64,000 nt of DNA from Clostridia bacterium (GTDB lineage Bacteria; Bacillota; Clostridia; Christensenellales; DTU072), in the NCBI GenBank assembly GCA_035381305.1, contig DAOSYK010000001.1, positions 175,218 through 239,217 on the forward strand, written 5' to 3'. Each line of letters begins with the position of its first letter. Position 1 is the first letter of the stretch. A program made the translations under genes and the position numbers. Positions 27,095 through 36,913 of the stretch are shown here, one piece after another. The notes under the pieces were generated by a model. It worked only from the letters and a program-made list of their open reading frames with translations. It was not told the origin of the DNA and did not search any database.

Positions 27095-28609
27095 ATGGAA
27101 AAAATAGCAATCATCGATATCGGCTCCAACATGGCAAGAATAGTTATAGTCAACATCATTGAGGGAGGTTACTTCAATGTTATCGACGAGCTCAAAGAGC
27201 CTGTAAGACTTGCCAAGGATATGGAGATCGACGGGTTTTTAAGGCCTGTACGCGTTCAGCAGATGGTCCAGACCTTAAAAACATTCAAAAATCTTTACGA
27301 AAGCCACAAGGTAAGCAAGGTCTTTGCTTACGGCACGGCCGCGGTCAGAAGGGCAAAAAACCAGAAGAGCTTCGTCGACGAGGTTCTCGCAAGCTGCGGC
27401 ATTAAGCTCACCGTCCTCAGCCAGGAAGAAGAGGCGGGGCTTGTTTATACCGGCGTCATCAATTCGATGGACGTTCCCAAAGGACTTATTATTGACATAG
27501 GCGGCGGCTCGGTTAAGGTCATTTACTACAACCGCCGTGTGCTTATCGCTCAGGAGACCCTGCCTTTCGGCGCGGTCACATTGACCGAGAAATTCGCAAA
27601 AGCAAGCCCCGATCCAATTGAAAGAAGCAAGATGATCGAGGACTATGTAAAAGATAATCTCAACAACCTCGAATGGTTCAAAAACATAGACCCCGACACC
27701 CAGCTAATCTGTGTGGGCGGCTCCATGCGCAACGCAGGCAAGATAAGCCGCAGATTCAAAAAGTATCCGCTCGACATGGCGCACAACTATCACATCAGCT
27801 GGTCGGAGTTTGCGAATATCTACAACACCATTCGTCCGCTCGACATGGACAAGGCGGCGAGGATAAAGGGACTTTCCAGCGCGCGCGCCGACATACTTCC
27901 CGCGGCTATGAGCTGCCTCAAGGCCATTCAGGAAAGCAGCAACTTCCCCGAAATCATCATTTCGGGCGCTGGCTTGAGGGAAGGCGCGATGTTCCGCTAT
28001 GCCGTTCCTTCCACAATCGAAAAACCCATAAGCGACATACTGGGGCACAGCATATACACCATGCTCCACGTGTTCAATATGAATATACCGCATTCCGAGC
28101 ACGTCTTCGACCTCTCGCTCCAGCTTTACAGACAGCTTAAGGTGCTCCACAAGCTGCCCAGAAGCTATGTAAAGGTGCTCCGCGTCGCAGCGCAGCTTCA
28201 TGATATCGGAAGCTCGTTCAAGTTCTACGACCACCCCAAGCACTCTTTTTATCTCATTCTCAACAGCAATTTGTACGGAATACCGCAGAAAGATCTTGTG
28301 GTCGCAGCGCTGGTTGCCAGCAGGCACGGTCCCGTCCCCTATGACGGCATAGAGATTCAGCAGTATCTGTCTATGCTCTCGGAAGAGGATATTGAAGCAA
28401 TCAAGAAGCTGGGCGTAATCGTACGCATTGCCGAGTGCTTTGACCGCAGTATGGGCGGAGTTATCACAAACATAACCTGCGACATCCTCGGCGACAGCGT
28501 AATACTCAAAACCGAAGCTATCGCAGACTGCACGCTTGAGATAAAAGACGCACTGAACGCGGTGCCCGAATTCAGGCACGCTTTCAAGAAAAATCTTGAA
28601 ATTCTGTAA
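27095..28609 (+). CDS. ppx: Ppx/GppA family exopolyphosphatase / guanosine pentaphosphate phosphohydrolase with HD domain
   Basis: IAIIDIGSNMARIVI, IDIGGGSVK, and a C-terminal HD motif AAQLHDIGS. Confidence 0.85.
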   Translation: MEKIAIIDIGSNMARIVIVNIIEGGYFNVIDELKEPVRLAKDMEIDGFLRPVRVQQMVQTLKTFKNLYESHKVSKVFAYGTAAVRRAKNQKSFVDEVLASCGIKLTVLSQEEEAGLVYTGVINSMDVPKGLIIDIGGGSVKVIYYNRRVLIAQETLPFGAVTLTEKFAKASPDPIERSKMIEDYVKDNLNNLEWFKNIDPDTQLICVGGSMRNAGKISRRFKKYPLDMAHNYHISWSEFANIYNTIRPLDMDKAARIKGLSSARADILPAAMSCLKAIQESSNFPEIIISGAGLREGAMFRYAVPSTIEKPISDILGHSIYTMLHVFNMNIPHSEHVFDLSLQLYRQLKVLHKLPRSYVKVLRVAAQLHDIGSSFKFYDHPKHSFYLILNSNLYGIPQKDLVVAALVASRHGPVPYDGIEIQQYLSMLSEEDIEAIKKLGVIVRIAECFDRSMGGVITNITCDILGDSVILKTEAIADCTLEIKDALNAVPEFRHAFKKNLEIL

Positions 28610-28619
28610 GATATAAATA

Positions 28620-29177
28620 ATGACAAAAGATAAAATAATCTTAGCTTCTTCCTCTCCGCGGAGGAAGTTGCTTTTTCATAAGATAACCGATAATTTCGAG
28701 ATTATCGAACCAGTTGTGGATGAGCTTGAAATCGGTGATCCCGAAGAAAATGCGCAAAACAACGCGATTTTGAAGGGAAGAGCGATAAAAGGCGACCACT
28801 TTTGCATAGTCGCGTGCGATACGCTTGTTGCGCTTGACGGCGCAATTTACGGCAAGCCGAAAACTGCGCAAAAAGCGTGCGAAATGCTCAAAAAACTCAG
28901 CGGGAAAATTCATAGCGTTTTTAGCGGAGTTTATATAAAAATAAACGGTAAAGAAATTACGTTTATTGAAGAAAGCAAGGTAAAACTGAGAGAACTTACC
29001 AATGCGAAAATCAACGATTATGTGGAAAAATATTCTCCGCTCGACAAGGCGGGCTCGTACGGGATACAAGACGACGTGATAGTGGATTCATGGAGCGGCG
29101 ACTACGATAACATAGTGGGTTTGCCTGTCGGTAGAATACGTGAGATACTCAGGGAGTACATTGATGTCAAGGATTAA
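28620..29177 (+). CDS. maf: Maf-like nucleoside triphosphate pyrophosphatase
   Basis: ILASSSPRRKLL ... ACDTLV ... KAGSYGIQ. Confidence 0.9.
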   Translation: MTKDKIILASSSPRRKLLFHKITDNFEIIEPVVDELEIGDPEENAQNNAILKGRAIKGDHFCIVACDTLVALDGAIYGKPKTAQKACEMLKKLSGKIHSVFSGVYIKINGKEITFIEESKVKLRELTNAKINDYVEKYSPLDKAGSYGIQDDVIVDSWSGDYDNIVGLPVGRIREILREYIDVKD

Positions 29178-30153
29178 GGTTGTTTGCGATTTCGGCTCGG
29201 CTTATTTCTCGCTTTACAGCGAAAATGAGCTTCTTTTGCGTATGCCGAGCGCGGTTATAATCAAGCGCAGCCTCAATCCCGTAGCCCTCTATTGCGGAGA
29301 GGAAGCGTTAAAGCGACAAAGCCAGGTCACCGAGGAAGAGCTTTTCGTCAAGCCCATCCAGAACGGCTCGGTCGCGCATTTCGAAGGAATAAGGCTGCTG
29401 ATCAAAGAAGCCATGAAAAAGGTCTTCGGCATACGCACGGACATGGAAATCTGCGTCCTCATAAGCTGCGGGCTGGAAATTACACAGAAAAGAGAAATAG
29501 AAAAGGCGTTTGTAACAGGCGGGTACACGAATATTTATCTTATGGAGAGCGTGGTCGCGCTTGCGCCCATCGCCGAAGAATACGGCACCGAAGTGGTCTG
29601 CGTCATAGGCGGCGACCTCGTGGAATTTGCCATTTTAAACGGCAGAAAGATACTTTCGGGCTATTCCCTCGATATGGGCGGAAACGCAATAAACCGCAAA
29701 ATCATCGAGCACATCGAAGACCTTTATAAGCTCAACATCAAGTGGCGGGAAAGTGAGGCGGCAAAACTCGGTATCGGCTCGCTTTTTGCGCGCGACACCT
29801 CTTCCTTCAGCCTCACAGGCAGGGATATTCTTACCGGAAAACCAAAAAAGCTGGTCATTTCGGCAAAGGAAATTTACGAGCAGATAATCTACGTTTTCAC
29901 AAGAATAATAAAACTTATCGACGGCGCTTTGAGCGTCGCGCCGGCATCGTGCGTGCAGAATATCGAGACCAAAGGCGTCCTTTTTGCAGGCGGCGGAGCG
30001 GCTGTTCTTGGCTTGGAAGAATATATATACAAAAAGCTCAATATACCCGTTTTTCTTGAAGAAAAGCCCTATCTTACCCACTTGAGGGGAGCATATCAGC
30101 TCATGCAGGATGAGGCATTCATAAACTCTTATCTCGGAATTTCCGACAAATAA
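29164..30153 (+). CDS. Divergent MreB/Mbl-like actin-family protein
   Basis: Sits at the usual maf-mreB position and overlaps maf by 14 nt. MreB-like blocks FVKPIQNGSVAHFEG, VIGGDLVEFAIL, LDMGGNAINRKI and VLFAGGGAAVLGLEEYI. The phosphate-1 motif is degenerate (CDFGSAYF instead of DLGT). Confidence 0.55.
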   Translation: MSRIKVVCDFGSAYFSLYSENELLLRMPSAVIIKRSLNPVALYCGEEALKRQSQVTEEELFVKPIQNGSVAHFEGIRLLIKEAMKKVFGIRTDMEICVLISCGLEITQKREIEKAFVTGGYTNIYLMESVVALAPIAEEYGTEVVCVIGGDLVEFAILNGRKILSGYSLDMGGNAINRKIIEHIEDLYKLNIKWRESEAAKLGIGSLFARDTSSFSLTGRDILTGKPKKLVISAKEIYEQIIYVFTRIIKLIDGALSVAPASCVQNIETKGVLFAGGGAAVLGLEEYIYKKLNIPVFLEEKPYLTHLRGAYQLMQDEAFINSYLGISDK

Positions 30154-30270
30154 ATCTCCCGGCTTTTCGCAAACTTAACAGAGAGGGCTGCCTCTCTTAG
30201 AATCATGCGTCAAACGGCTTAAAACCGACCATGTCAAAAATCCGTCAAAACCGGTTAAAACAAATTTCGC

Positions 30271-30299
30271 TTGATATATCTTATGATATATGTTATACT
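30271..30299 (+). promoter_or_regulatory. Promoter of the polysaccharide locus (TTGATA-17-TATACT)
   Basis: TTGATA at 30271-30276, 17-nt spacer, TATACT at 30294-30299, 35 nt upstream of the wzz-like ATG (RBS CGGAGGA). Confidence 0.55.
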
Positions 30300-30333
30300 G
30301 TAATAAAAATTTTGTACATAATTCGGAGGATTC

Positions 30334-31680
30334 ATGAACGAGGAATACACGGGCGAATTGACTTTTCAGAAAGTATTCGAGCTCATCAAGAAGAGTTTTG
30401 TCAGAATGCTAATTTACGCATTGATACTCGCTGTTTTAGGCGGCGGAATTACCGCGATAGCAACTATTGCAACCAAGGATTCGGGAGAATACAAGGCCAT
30501 AATCGAATACAGCTATACGGGTGTGGAAAACGGCAAAGACCCGTATAACAACATGCTCGACACCAGCAGAATCAAGTCGACAATAGTTGTAAACAACGCC
30601 CTTAAGAACATGGGTATTACCGAAAGTGAAGTTGTGTTGAACTATAGCCAGATTCTTATCGATAACCTTGCTGTAGACGGCTATATACCCGCCTCTATGG
30701 CAAAGGATCTGGAGAAAAACGCCTCTCTCACTTACTTCCCCACAAGGTATACAATCACCCTTACCGAAAGCGCCAGGCTTCCCTTCAGGGACAGCCAGTA
30801 TATTCAATTCCTTAACGAGCTTATCAATTCGTACAAGGAATATTTCAAGGACGCCTACAATTACGGCAAAGTTCTTTCCCCGTCTGTTGCGGACGACCCG
30901 CTGGGCACCGCCAGCGATTATTTTGACCTCTGCATATCCTACAAGGTCGCAATCGAAGAACTTCTTGCTCAGCTTAGCACCCTGAAGACCAATGTTTCCG
31001 ACAGGTACAACAAGCTCTACACCAACATAAACGTCCTTAACAACGAATTATCCTCTATCGAGTATTATATTCTCACAAACAACATCACAAAGGAAGGCAC
31101 GTCTGCCGATCTGACTACTACGCTTAACACCAGGAAAGCAGAATTTCAGCGCCGCAGCGAACGCTATAAAGAGCTCGCCGACAAGCTTTATGAAGAAGTA
31201 ATCAAGACCTACGAAAACCAGACGTCCAAGGTCATCACCTCTGACGGCGTGGTAACGGTAACCACCAGCGAGTCTAAGTACTATGATACTCTTATCAAGC
31301 AGTATAACGACTACCGCTCCAATCAGACCAACTTTTCCTACCAGGCCCAGGTAATAGAAGACCAGATCGCGCTTATCGGCGCGGGTATACCCACCGAAGC
31401 GCAGAGGACTGCCGTTGAAAACAGATTCAGAACCTTCGATGCCGCTCTTCACAACACACTCGACACCATAAACGCCGAGCTCGGCCAATACTCGGTCAAA
31501 AACGTCACCGAAAACGGTGTGAAGACTGCCATGAACGCTGTCAAGACCCAGATGATAAACTATATGCTTATTATTATCGTTGCGGTTGTGTGCGCGTTTG
31601 TAGGCTGCCTCGCGGCCATCGCGGCAACTGTCATCATCAACAAGAAGCGTGCCAAGAAAGCAGAAGCGATAGTGCAATAA
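30334..31680 (+). CDS. Wzz-like polysaccharide chain-length determinant (PCP family, no kinase domain)
   Basis: N-terminal TM (MLIYALILAVLGGGITAIATI), ~380-aa helical or coiled extracytoplasmic region, C-terminal TM (MLIIIVAVVCAFVGCLAAIAATVII). It is the first gene of the locus. Confidence 0.55.
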   Translation: MNEEYTGELTFQKVFELIKKSFVRMLIYALILAVLGGGITAIATIATKDSGEYKAIIEYSYTGVENGKDPYNNMLDTSRIKSTIVVNNALKNMGITESEVVLNYSQILIDNLAVDGYIPASMAKDLEKNASLTYFPTRYTITLTESARLPFRDSQYIQFLNELINSYKEYFKDAYNYGKVLSPSVADDPLGTASDYFDLCISYKVAIEELLAQLSTLKTNVSDRYNKLYTNINVLNNELSSIEYYILTNNITKEGTSADLTTTLNTRKAEFQRRSERYKELADKLYEEVIKTYENQTSKVITSDGVVTVTTSESKYYDTLIKQYNDYRSNQTNFSYQAQVIEDQIALIGAGIPTEAQRTAVENRFRTFDAALHNTLDTINAELGQYSVKNVTENGVKTAMNAVKTQMINYMLIIIVAVVCAFVGCLAAIAATVIINKKRAKKAEAIVQ

Positions 31681-32174
31681 TGAAAACCCTTGCAATAATC
31701 GGCGGCGGACAACATGGTGTTGTCGTCGCCGAAATAGCTGAAGCGACGGGATATACAGTAAAAGGTTTTCTTGATGACACTATACCCGCCGGAACGGAAA
31801 TATCCGGTTACAAGGTTTTGGGAAAAACGGAATTATGCCGAAATCTTGAACAGGGAACAGAGTTTGTAATTGCCGTCGGAAACAATGCAACACGCAAAGC
31901 AATCGCCGAAAATTACAGTGATTTACATTGGGCGACACTGATACATCCGAGTGCCGTCGTAAGCAGACGAAGCACAATTGGAGAAGGCACTGTCATCTGC
32001 GCCAATGCGGTCGTTAATACGTTGACCAAGGTAGGCAGGCATTGCATCATTAACACTCTGGCGGCGGTAGAACACGGATGCGAAATAGGTGATTATTGCC
32101 ATATCGCGCCGGGTACAATCGTAAACGCATATAAAATAGTCGCAGAATTAAGTGCGGAGAAGAGATATGTATAA
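31680..32174 (+). CDS. NeuD/PglD-family sugar O/N-acetyltransferase, C-terminally short (possibly truncated)
   Basis: MKTLAIIGGGQHGVVVAEIA... Rossmann-like N-domain, then left-handed beta-helix repeats IHPSAVVS..IGEGTVI..VGRHCIIN..IGDYCHIAPG. It ends after 164 aa. TAATG overlap with wzz. Confidence 0.55.
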   Translation: MKTLAIIGGGQHGVVVAEIAEATGYTVKGFLDDTIPAGTEISGYKVLGKTELCRNLEQGTEFVIAVGNNATRKAIAENYSDLHWATLIHPSAVVSRRSTIGEGTVICANAVVNTLTKVGRHCIINTLAAVEHGCEIGDYCHIAPGTIVNAYKIVAELSAEKRYV

Positions 32175-32790
32175 GAAGTTTTTCAAGAGATTTTTAGATT
32201 TTACTTTGTCATTTTTCGGACTGCTTTTTTTAAGTCCGCTTTTTATCTTCATCGCTCTTGCCATAAAGTTTGAAAGTAAAGGTAAAGTGTTTTTTGTTCA
32301 GGACAGAGTGGGCAAAGACAAAATAATATTTAAGTGCTACAAATTCCGCACAATGTATTCTGAAACCCCCGCCAATGTCCCAACCCATTTACTTAGCAAT
32401 CCTAAAGCATACATAACAAAGGTTGGAAAAATCCTAAGATTAACCAGCCTCGATGAACTGCCTCAGCTTATCAACATTCTGCAAGGCACTATGTCCATTA
32501 TAGGCCCCCGTCCAGCACTTTACAATCAGTATGACCTCATTGAGGAGAGGGACAAGTACGGCGCAAACGATGTAAGACCGGGACTGACCGGACTTGCGCA
32601 GATAAGCGGCAGGGACGAGCTTGAGATACCCGTAAAAGCCAAGCTTGACGGCGAATATGTGCAGAATCTCAGCTTTAAATACGATGTTAAGATATTTTTC
32701 AAGACGATAATAAGCGTGCTTAAGCACGATGGCGTCAAGGAGGGCGCGCATTCTTCCGAGAGTGAAAAAGGAAACGAGGAACAACAATGA
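32167..32790 (+). CDS. Initiating phosphoglycosyl transferase (small monotopic bacterial sugar transferase, PglC/WbaP-C type)
   Basis: N-terminal re-entrant helix LSFFGLLFLSPLFIFIALAI, KFRTM, DELPQLINILQGTMSIIGPRP. ATG 32167 lies behind GGAGA. Confidence 0.9.
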   Translation: MYKKFFKRFLDFTLSFFGLLFLSPLFIFIALAIKFESKGKVFFVQDRVGKDKIIFKCYKFRTMYSETPANVPTHLLSNPKAYITKVGKILRLTSLDELPQLINILQGTMSIIGPRPALYNQYDLIEERDKYGANDVRPGLTGLAQISGRDELEIPVKAKLDGEYVQNLSFKYDVKIFFKTIISVLKHDGVKEGAHSSESEKGNEEQQ

Positions 32791-33647
32791 AAAACGTGCT
32801 TATAGTAGGCAAGAAAAGCTATATCGGCGTGTATTTTGCCGAATACGCGAAAAATGATTTCAACGTTGACACTGTCGACAGTTTTGGCGGCGCGTGGAAA
32901 AGTGCCGATTTTTCAAAATATGACGTTGTTTATCACGTAGCGGGAATTGCCCATGTCGACGCGAAAAAGGATCAGGAAGAGCTGTATTTCAAAATAAACA
33001 GAGATCTTGCAATAGAAGTTGCACAATACGCCAAAGAAAAGAGCGTTAAACAATTCATTTTTATGAGCAGTATAATTGTTTACGGCGAAAGCAAAACACT
33101 TGAAAAACAAGTAATTACCGCTGATACTCTCCCGTCACCCAACGGTTTTTACGGAGAGAGCAAACTCCAGGCCGAACAAGGCATTTTGCCTCTTGCCGAC
33201 GACAGTTTCAAGGTCGTTGTCGTCCGCGCCCCCATGATATACGGAAACGGCTGCAAGGGCAATTATCCGAGACTTGCGAAACTGGCAAAGAAACTACCTT
33301 TCTTCCCTTATTTTGATAACGAGAGAAGCATGCTCTATATCGACAATCTGTGCGAATTTCTTAAGCTTGCCATACTTAATGACGCAAACGGAATTTTCTT
33401 TCCGCAGAATAAGGAATACACAAATGTTCCAAAACTTGTAAAAACAATAGCATTTGCAAACGGAAAAAAGCTGCGTTTGATTAAGGGTTTTGGGTTGATA
33501 ATCAAGCTGGCTTCGAAATTCCCGGGCGCGGTCAACAAAGTGTTTGGTTCTCTCGTTTATGACAAGGGAATGAGCAATCATTTTGACTGGGCTTACGCCG
33601 TCAAAACCCTGGAAGATAGCGTAAAAGAAACAGAGGGGAATAAATGA
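32787..33647 (+). CDS. NAD-dependent epimerase/dehydratase family (extended SDR)
   Basis: VLIVGKKSYIG (degenerate GxxGxxG), catalytic YGESK. Lies inside the locus. Confidence 0.7.
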   Translation: MKNVLIVGKKSYIGVYFAEYAKNDFNVDTVDSFGGAWKSADFSKYDVVYHVAGIAHVDAKKDQEELYFKINRDLAIEVAQYAKEKSVKQFIFMSSIIVYGESKTLEKQVITADTLPSPNGFYGESKLQAEQGILPLADDSFKVVVVRAPMIYGNGCKGNYPRLAKLAKKLPFFPYFDNERSMLYIDNLCEFLKLAILNDANGIFFPQNKEYTNVPKLVKTIAFANGKKLRLIKGFGLIIKLASKFPGAVNKVFGSLVYDKGMSNHFDWAYAVKTLEDSVKETEGNK

Positions 33648-34768
33648 AAAAAGCGCTGATAGTCGCTACGACCACAAGTTTTATTACAGACTTTGAACTA
33701 AGCGATATCGGGATATTGCAGGATTTCGGGTACGAAGTGCACTCCGCCAGCAATGTCAACATAAACAACCGTTCCGACTCCTATAACAGACTAAATGCGA
33801 TAGGAGTTGTTCAGCATCAGATTGATTTTTCCCGCTCGCCGTTCAGCCTCAGTAACCTCATTGCTTATAAACAGCTCAAAAGACTTCTTAAAGAGGAGCA
33901 TTTCGATCTTATCCATTGTCATACACCTGTAGGTGGATTTCTTGCAAGGCTCTCAGCGAGAAAAAAGAAAGAAATGAAGATGATTTACACCGCTCACGGT
34001 TTTCATTTCTTCAAAGGGAACAGTCCGATAAAGAACTGTATTTTCCATACTGTCGAAAAGTTTTGCGCAAAATACACAGATGCTCTCATCACAATCAACA
34101 ATGAAGATTATGAAGCTGCACAAAAGTTTAAGCTTCGTAACAGCGGAAAACTCTATAAAATAAATGGTGTCGGAATAAATACCGATAAGTTTGCCGCAGT
34201 CGATATTGATATCGCAAAAAAGAGAACAGAACTCGGCATTTCCCAGGATGATATTATGCTTCTGAGCGTGGGCGAACTCATCGAAAGAAAGAATCATATT
34301 GTTGTGATAAATGCTTTGAAAAACATTGATAATCCGCGATTACATTATTTCATTGCGGGATGCGGAATACTGGAAGAGAATCTTCTCAAGAAAATTCAAG
34401 AATTCAATCTTGCAGACAGAGTGCATTTGTTGGGCTACAGAACGGATATTTCGGAATTATGCGCCTGCGCCGATGTTTTTGTTTTTCCTTCATTTCAGGA
34501 GGGATTATCTGTTGCGTTGATGGAAGCAATGGCCTGCGGCTTACCTGTAATAGCCTCAAAAATCCGCGGCAATGTGGACCTAATTGAAGAAGGCAAAGGC
34601 GGAATACTTGTTTCTCCTTTCCGTACCGAAGAATTTAAAGACGCAATAATGAGATTATCGAATGACAATTCATTGTGGGAAGAATACGGAGCGCATAATA
34701 AAGAAGCGATTAAAAAGTTCGATATAAAAGTAATAAAGACTATCATGGAAGAGATTTATAAAGGTTGA
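33644..34768 (+). CDS. Glycosyltransferase family 4
   Basis: GT-B C-terminal motif FPSFQEGLSVALMEAMACGLPVIAS. Confidence 0.85.
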   Translation: MKKALIVATTTSFITDFELSDIGILQDFGYEVHSASNVNINNRSDSYNRLNAIGVVQHQIDFSRSPFSLSNLIAYKQLKRLLKEEHFDLIHCHTPVGGFLARLSARKKKEMKMIYTAHGFHFFKGNSPIKNCIFHTVEKFCAKYTDALITINNEDYEAAQKFKLRNSGKLYKINGVGINTDKFAAVDIDIAKKRTELGISQDDIMLLSVGELIERKNHIVVINALKNIDNPRLHYFIAGCGILEENLLKKIQEFNLADRVHLLGYRTDISELCACADVFVFPSFQEGLSVALMEAMACGLPVIASKIRGNVDLIEEGKGGILVSPFRTEEFKDAIMRLSNDNSLWEEYGAHNKEAIKKFDIKVIKTIMEEIYKG

Positions 34769-34770
34769 AA

Positions 34771-35673
34771 ATGTTAATTAAAGTACTATTGTCTTCTTAT
34801 AACGGTGAAAAGTATATCGAAGAACAGCTCGACAGTATTCTGGCGCAAAAATGCTCTGCGGATATCGAGATTCTCGTGCGCGATGACGGCTCCAGGGACA
34901 GTACCGACAATATACTTGACAGATATCAGGAAAAAGGTCTTCTGAAGTGGTATAAGGGAGAGAACTTGCGCTGCGCAAGAAGCTTCTGGGATTTGATGCT
35001 TAACAGCGGCGATGCCGATTATTATGCATTCTGCGACCAGGATGATTTCTGGATGAACGATAAGCTCGAAAGCGCGATAAATATGCTGGGAAGGGAAGAC
35101 AATAACATCCCCTTGCTTTATTCGGGAAATTTCATTGCCGTTGACAAGGAGTTAAAGGCAATAAAAAAAGTCGATAAAGGAATGAAAAACACGGGATTCG
35201 GAAATTCTCTTATCAAGAGCCTCTCCCCGGGATGCACTTTTGTTTTCAACAAAAAAGCATGCGAAATTATGAGAATGTACACAGGTGAACTTGATATTCA
35301 CGATTGGGTTGCGCATAAAATAGTCGCTGCTTTCGGAAAAGTTGTTTACGACCCTGAGCCGCACATGCTCTATCGCCAGCACGGAAACAACGTAATAGGC
35401 GTCGCAAAAAACAATTGTAAACTCTTTTTTGCGAGAGTGAAGCGATTTCTCAACGGCACCAGTACCGGCGTGAGAAGCAAAATGGCGCAGAACTTGCTTG
35501 ACAATTTCGGCAATATGCTCAGCGAAGAAAAACTAACGGTGCTGAAACACCTTACCGATTATAAAAAGAGTTTTAAGGATAAATTGACGTTACTTAAAGA
35601 CAAACATTTCGATTTGGGAAGCCCGATTGCGAATTTTCAATTTGCGATTCTGGTCTTATTGAATAAGGTATAA
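34771..35673 (+). CDS. Glycosyltransferase family 2
   Basis: VLLSSYNGEKYIEEQLDSILAQ...VRDDGSRDST...FCDQDD. ATG 34771 is preferred; the tracked TTG 34765 overlaps the upstream stop and is an alternative. Confidence 0.8.
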   Translation: MLIKVLLSSYNGEKYIEEQLDSILAQKCSADIEILVRDDGSRDSTDNILDRYQEKGLLKWYKGENLRCARSFWDLMLNSGDADYYAFCDQDDFWMNDKLESAINMLGREDNNIPLLYSGNFIAVDKELKAIKKVDKGMKNTGFGNSLIKSLSPGCTFVFNKKACEIMRMYTGELDIHDWVAHKIVAAFGKVVYDPEPHMLYRQHGNNVIGVAKNNCKLFFARVKRFLNGTSTGVRSKMAQNLLDNFGNMLSEEKLTVLKHLTDYKKSFKDKLTLLKDKHFDLGSPIANFQFAILVLLNKV

Positions 35674-35674
35674 G

Positions 35675-36913
35675 ATGGAGAAGGTTGTTGCGATAGACAC
35701 AAGACGCAAAGAAAAGAAAGTCAGCTTGTCGAAAAGAAGCGTTCTTAACGTTACCAGCAATATCTTAACGTTTGTTTTTTTGCTGTCCAGCCTTTTGACG
35801 CCAACCGATAACTTTCAGATAAAAAAGCTTTCATTTTTGCTTTTAATGGTAATTAATGTTTTCACGTTTCTGGCAATAAGGTATACCCTTAAGAACAGAT
35901 ACATTTTATTTTTCGGATTCACTTATGTGATATTTCTGATTGTAATGTCCATCTTTGTCAGAAGAGGGGCGGTTATAGACGTATTGCTCCGAGGATATTC
36001 CGGCTTCATGCTTTTGCTGTTTTTTATTGTACAGAAACAAAATATTAATTACGAAAAAATGCTTTTGATATGCATTGGAATATTGGCTATAATTATTGCC
36101 GTTTCGGTTTTATTGGATTTTCTCAATATATTGATTATCTGGAATAATCCTCTTCTAAAATTCTTGCAGAAAACAGATAATGCGATGCTGGGACGCGGCG
36201 GAAATGCATCCTTCTATTATCTGATTTTCTTAAAAAGCTCGCCTCTTATCCTGATATTACTTTTATATGCTTTGTATAAGAGGAAACTCCTCATCGCGCT
36301 GATTGCATTTGTCGGCATATTCTTTTCGGGCACGAGAGCAAATGCACTGGTCGCTGTCGGCGCACTGGTGTTGTATATTCTTCTTTGTGAAAAAAGCAAA
36401 CCGGTCAAATATGTTGCGATCCTCGGCGTTCTGCTTGTTTTGGTATTTTTCGGCAAAGACATATACGAATATCTGGTAAAAGTGTTTGAAAGGAAAGCTT
36501 CATCTGACGCTGTAAGAAGCGGACATATGGAATCTTTGATGGAACTGTTCAGGACAAAACCGACTGCGCTTATATGGGGTACGGGATTTAATAGTCCGAT
36601 ATTCAGTAAAGGCGCCGACAAAATCGTTACGATTCTCGAATTATCCTATTGGGACTTCTTGCGCCAGGTCGGCTTAATAGGCTTTATACCTTTTATGTTT
36701 TTCCTGTTGTATCCTATGTTTGCGCTTTTGGATACAAACTACAGATGGCTCTCGATAGCGTATCTCGGTTTTTTAATTATCTCTTACACCAATCCGTTTT
36801 TATATGGTTCAACGGGCTATTGCATATATGTTTACATGTATATTGTTTGTTTTAATAAAGCAAAACCCATAAATTTTGAATTGGATCAACGCCTGAGATT
36901 GAAGAAATTATGA
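35675..36913 (+). CDS. wzy: O-antigen/EPS repeat-unit polymerase (Wzy / O-antigen ligase-like)
   Basis: 412 aa, ten or more TM segments, Wzy_C-like FFSGTRANALVAVGAL, AT-rich gene. Confidence 0.7.
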   Translation: MEKVVAIDTRRKEKKVSLSKRSVLNVTSNILTFVFLLSSLLTPTDNFQIKKLSFLLLMVINVFTFLAIRYTLKNRYILFFGFTYVIFLIVMSIFVRRGAVIDVLLRGYSGFMLLLFFIVQKQNINYEKMLLICIGILAIIIAVSVLLDFLNILIIWNNPLLKFLQKTDNAMLGRGGNASFYYLIFLKSSPLILILLLYALYKRKLLIALIAFVGIFFSGTRANALVAVGALVLYILLCEKSKPVKYVAILGVLLVLVFFGKDIYEYLVKVFERKASSDAVRSGHMESLMELFRTKPTALIWGTGFNSPIFSKGADKIVTILELSYWDFLRQVGLIGFIPFMFFLLYPMFALLDTNYRWLSIAYLGFLIISYTNPFLYGSTGYCIYVYMYIVCFNKAKPINFELDQRLRLKKL

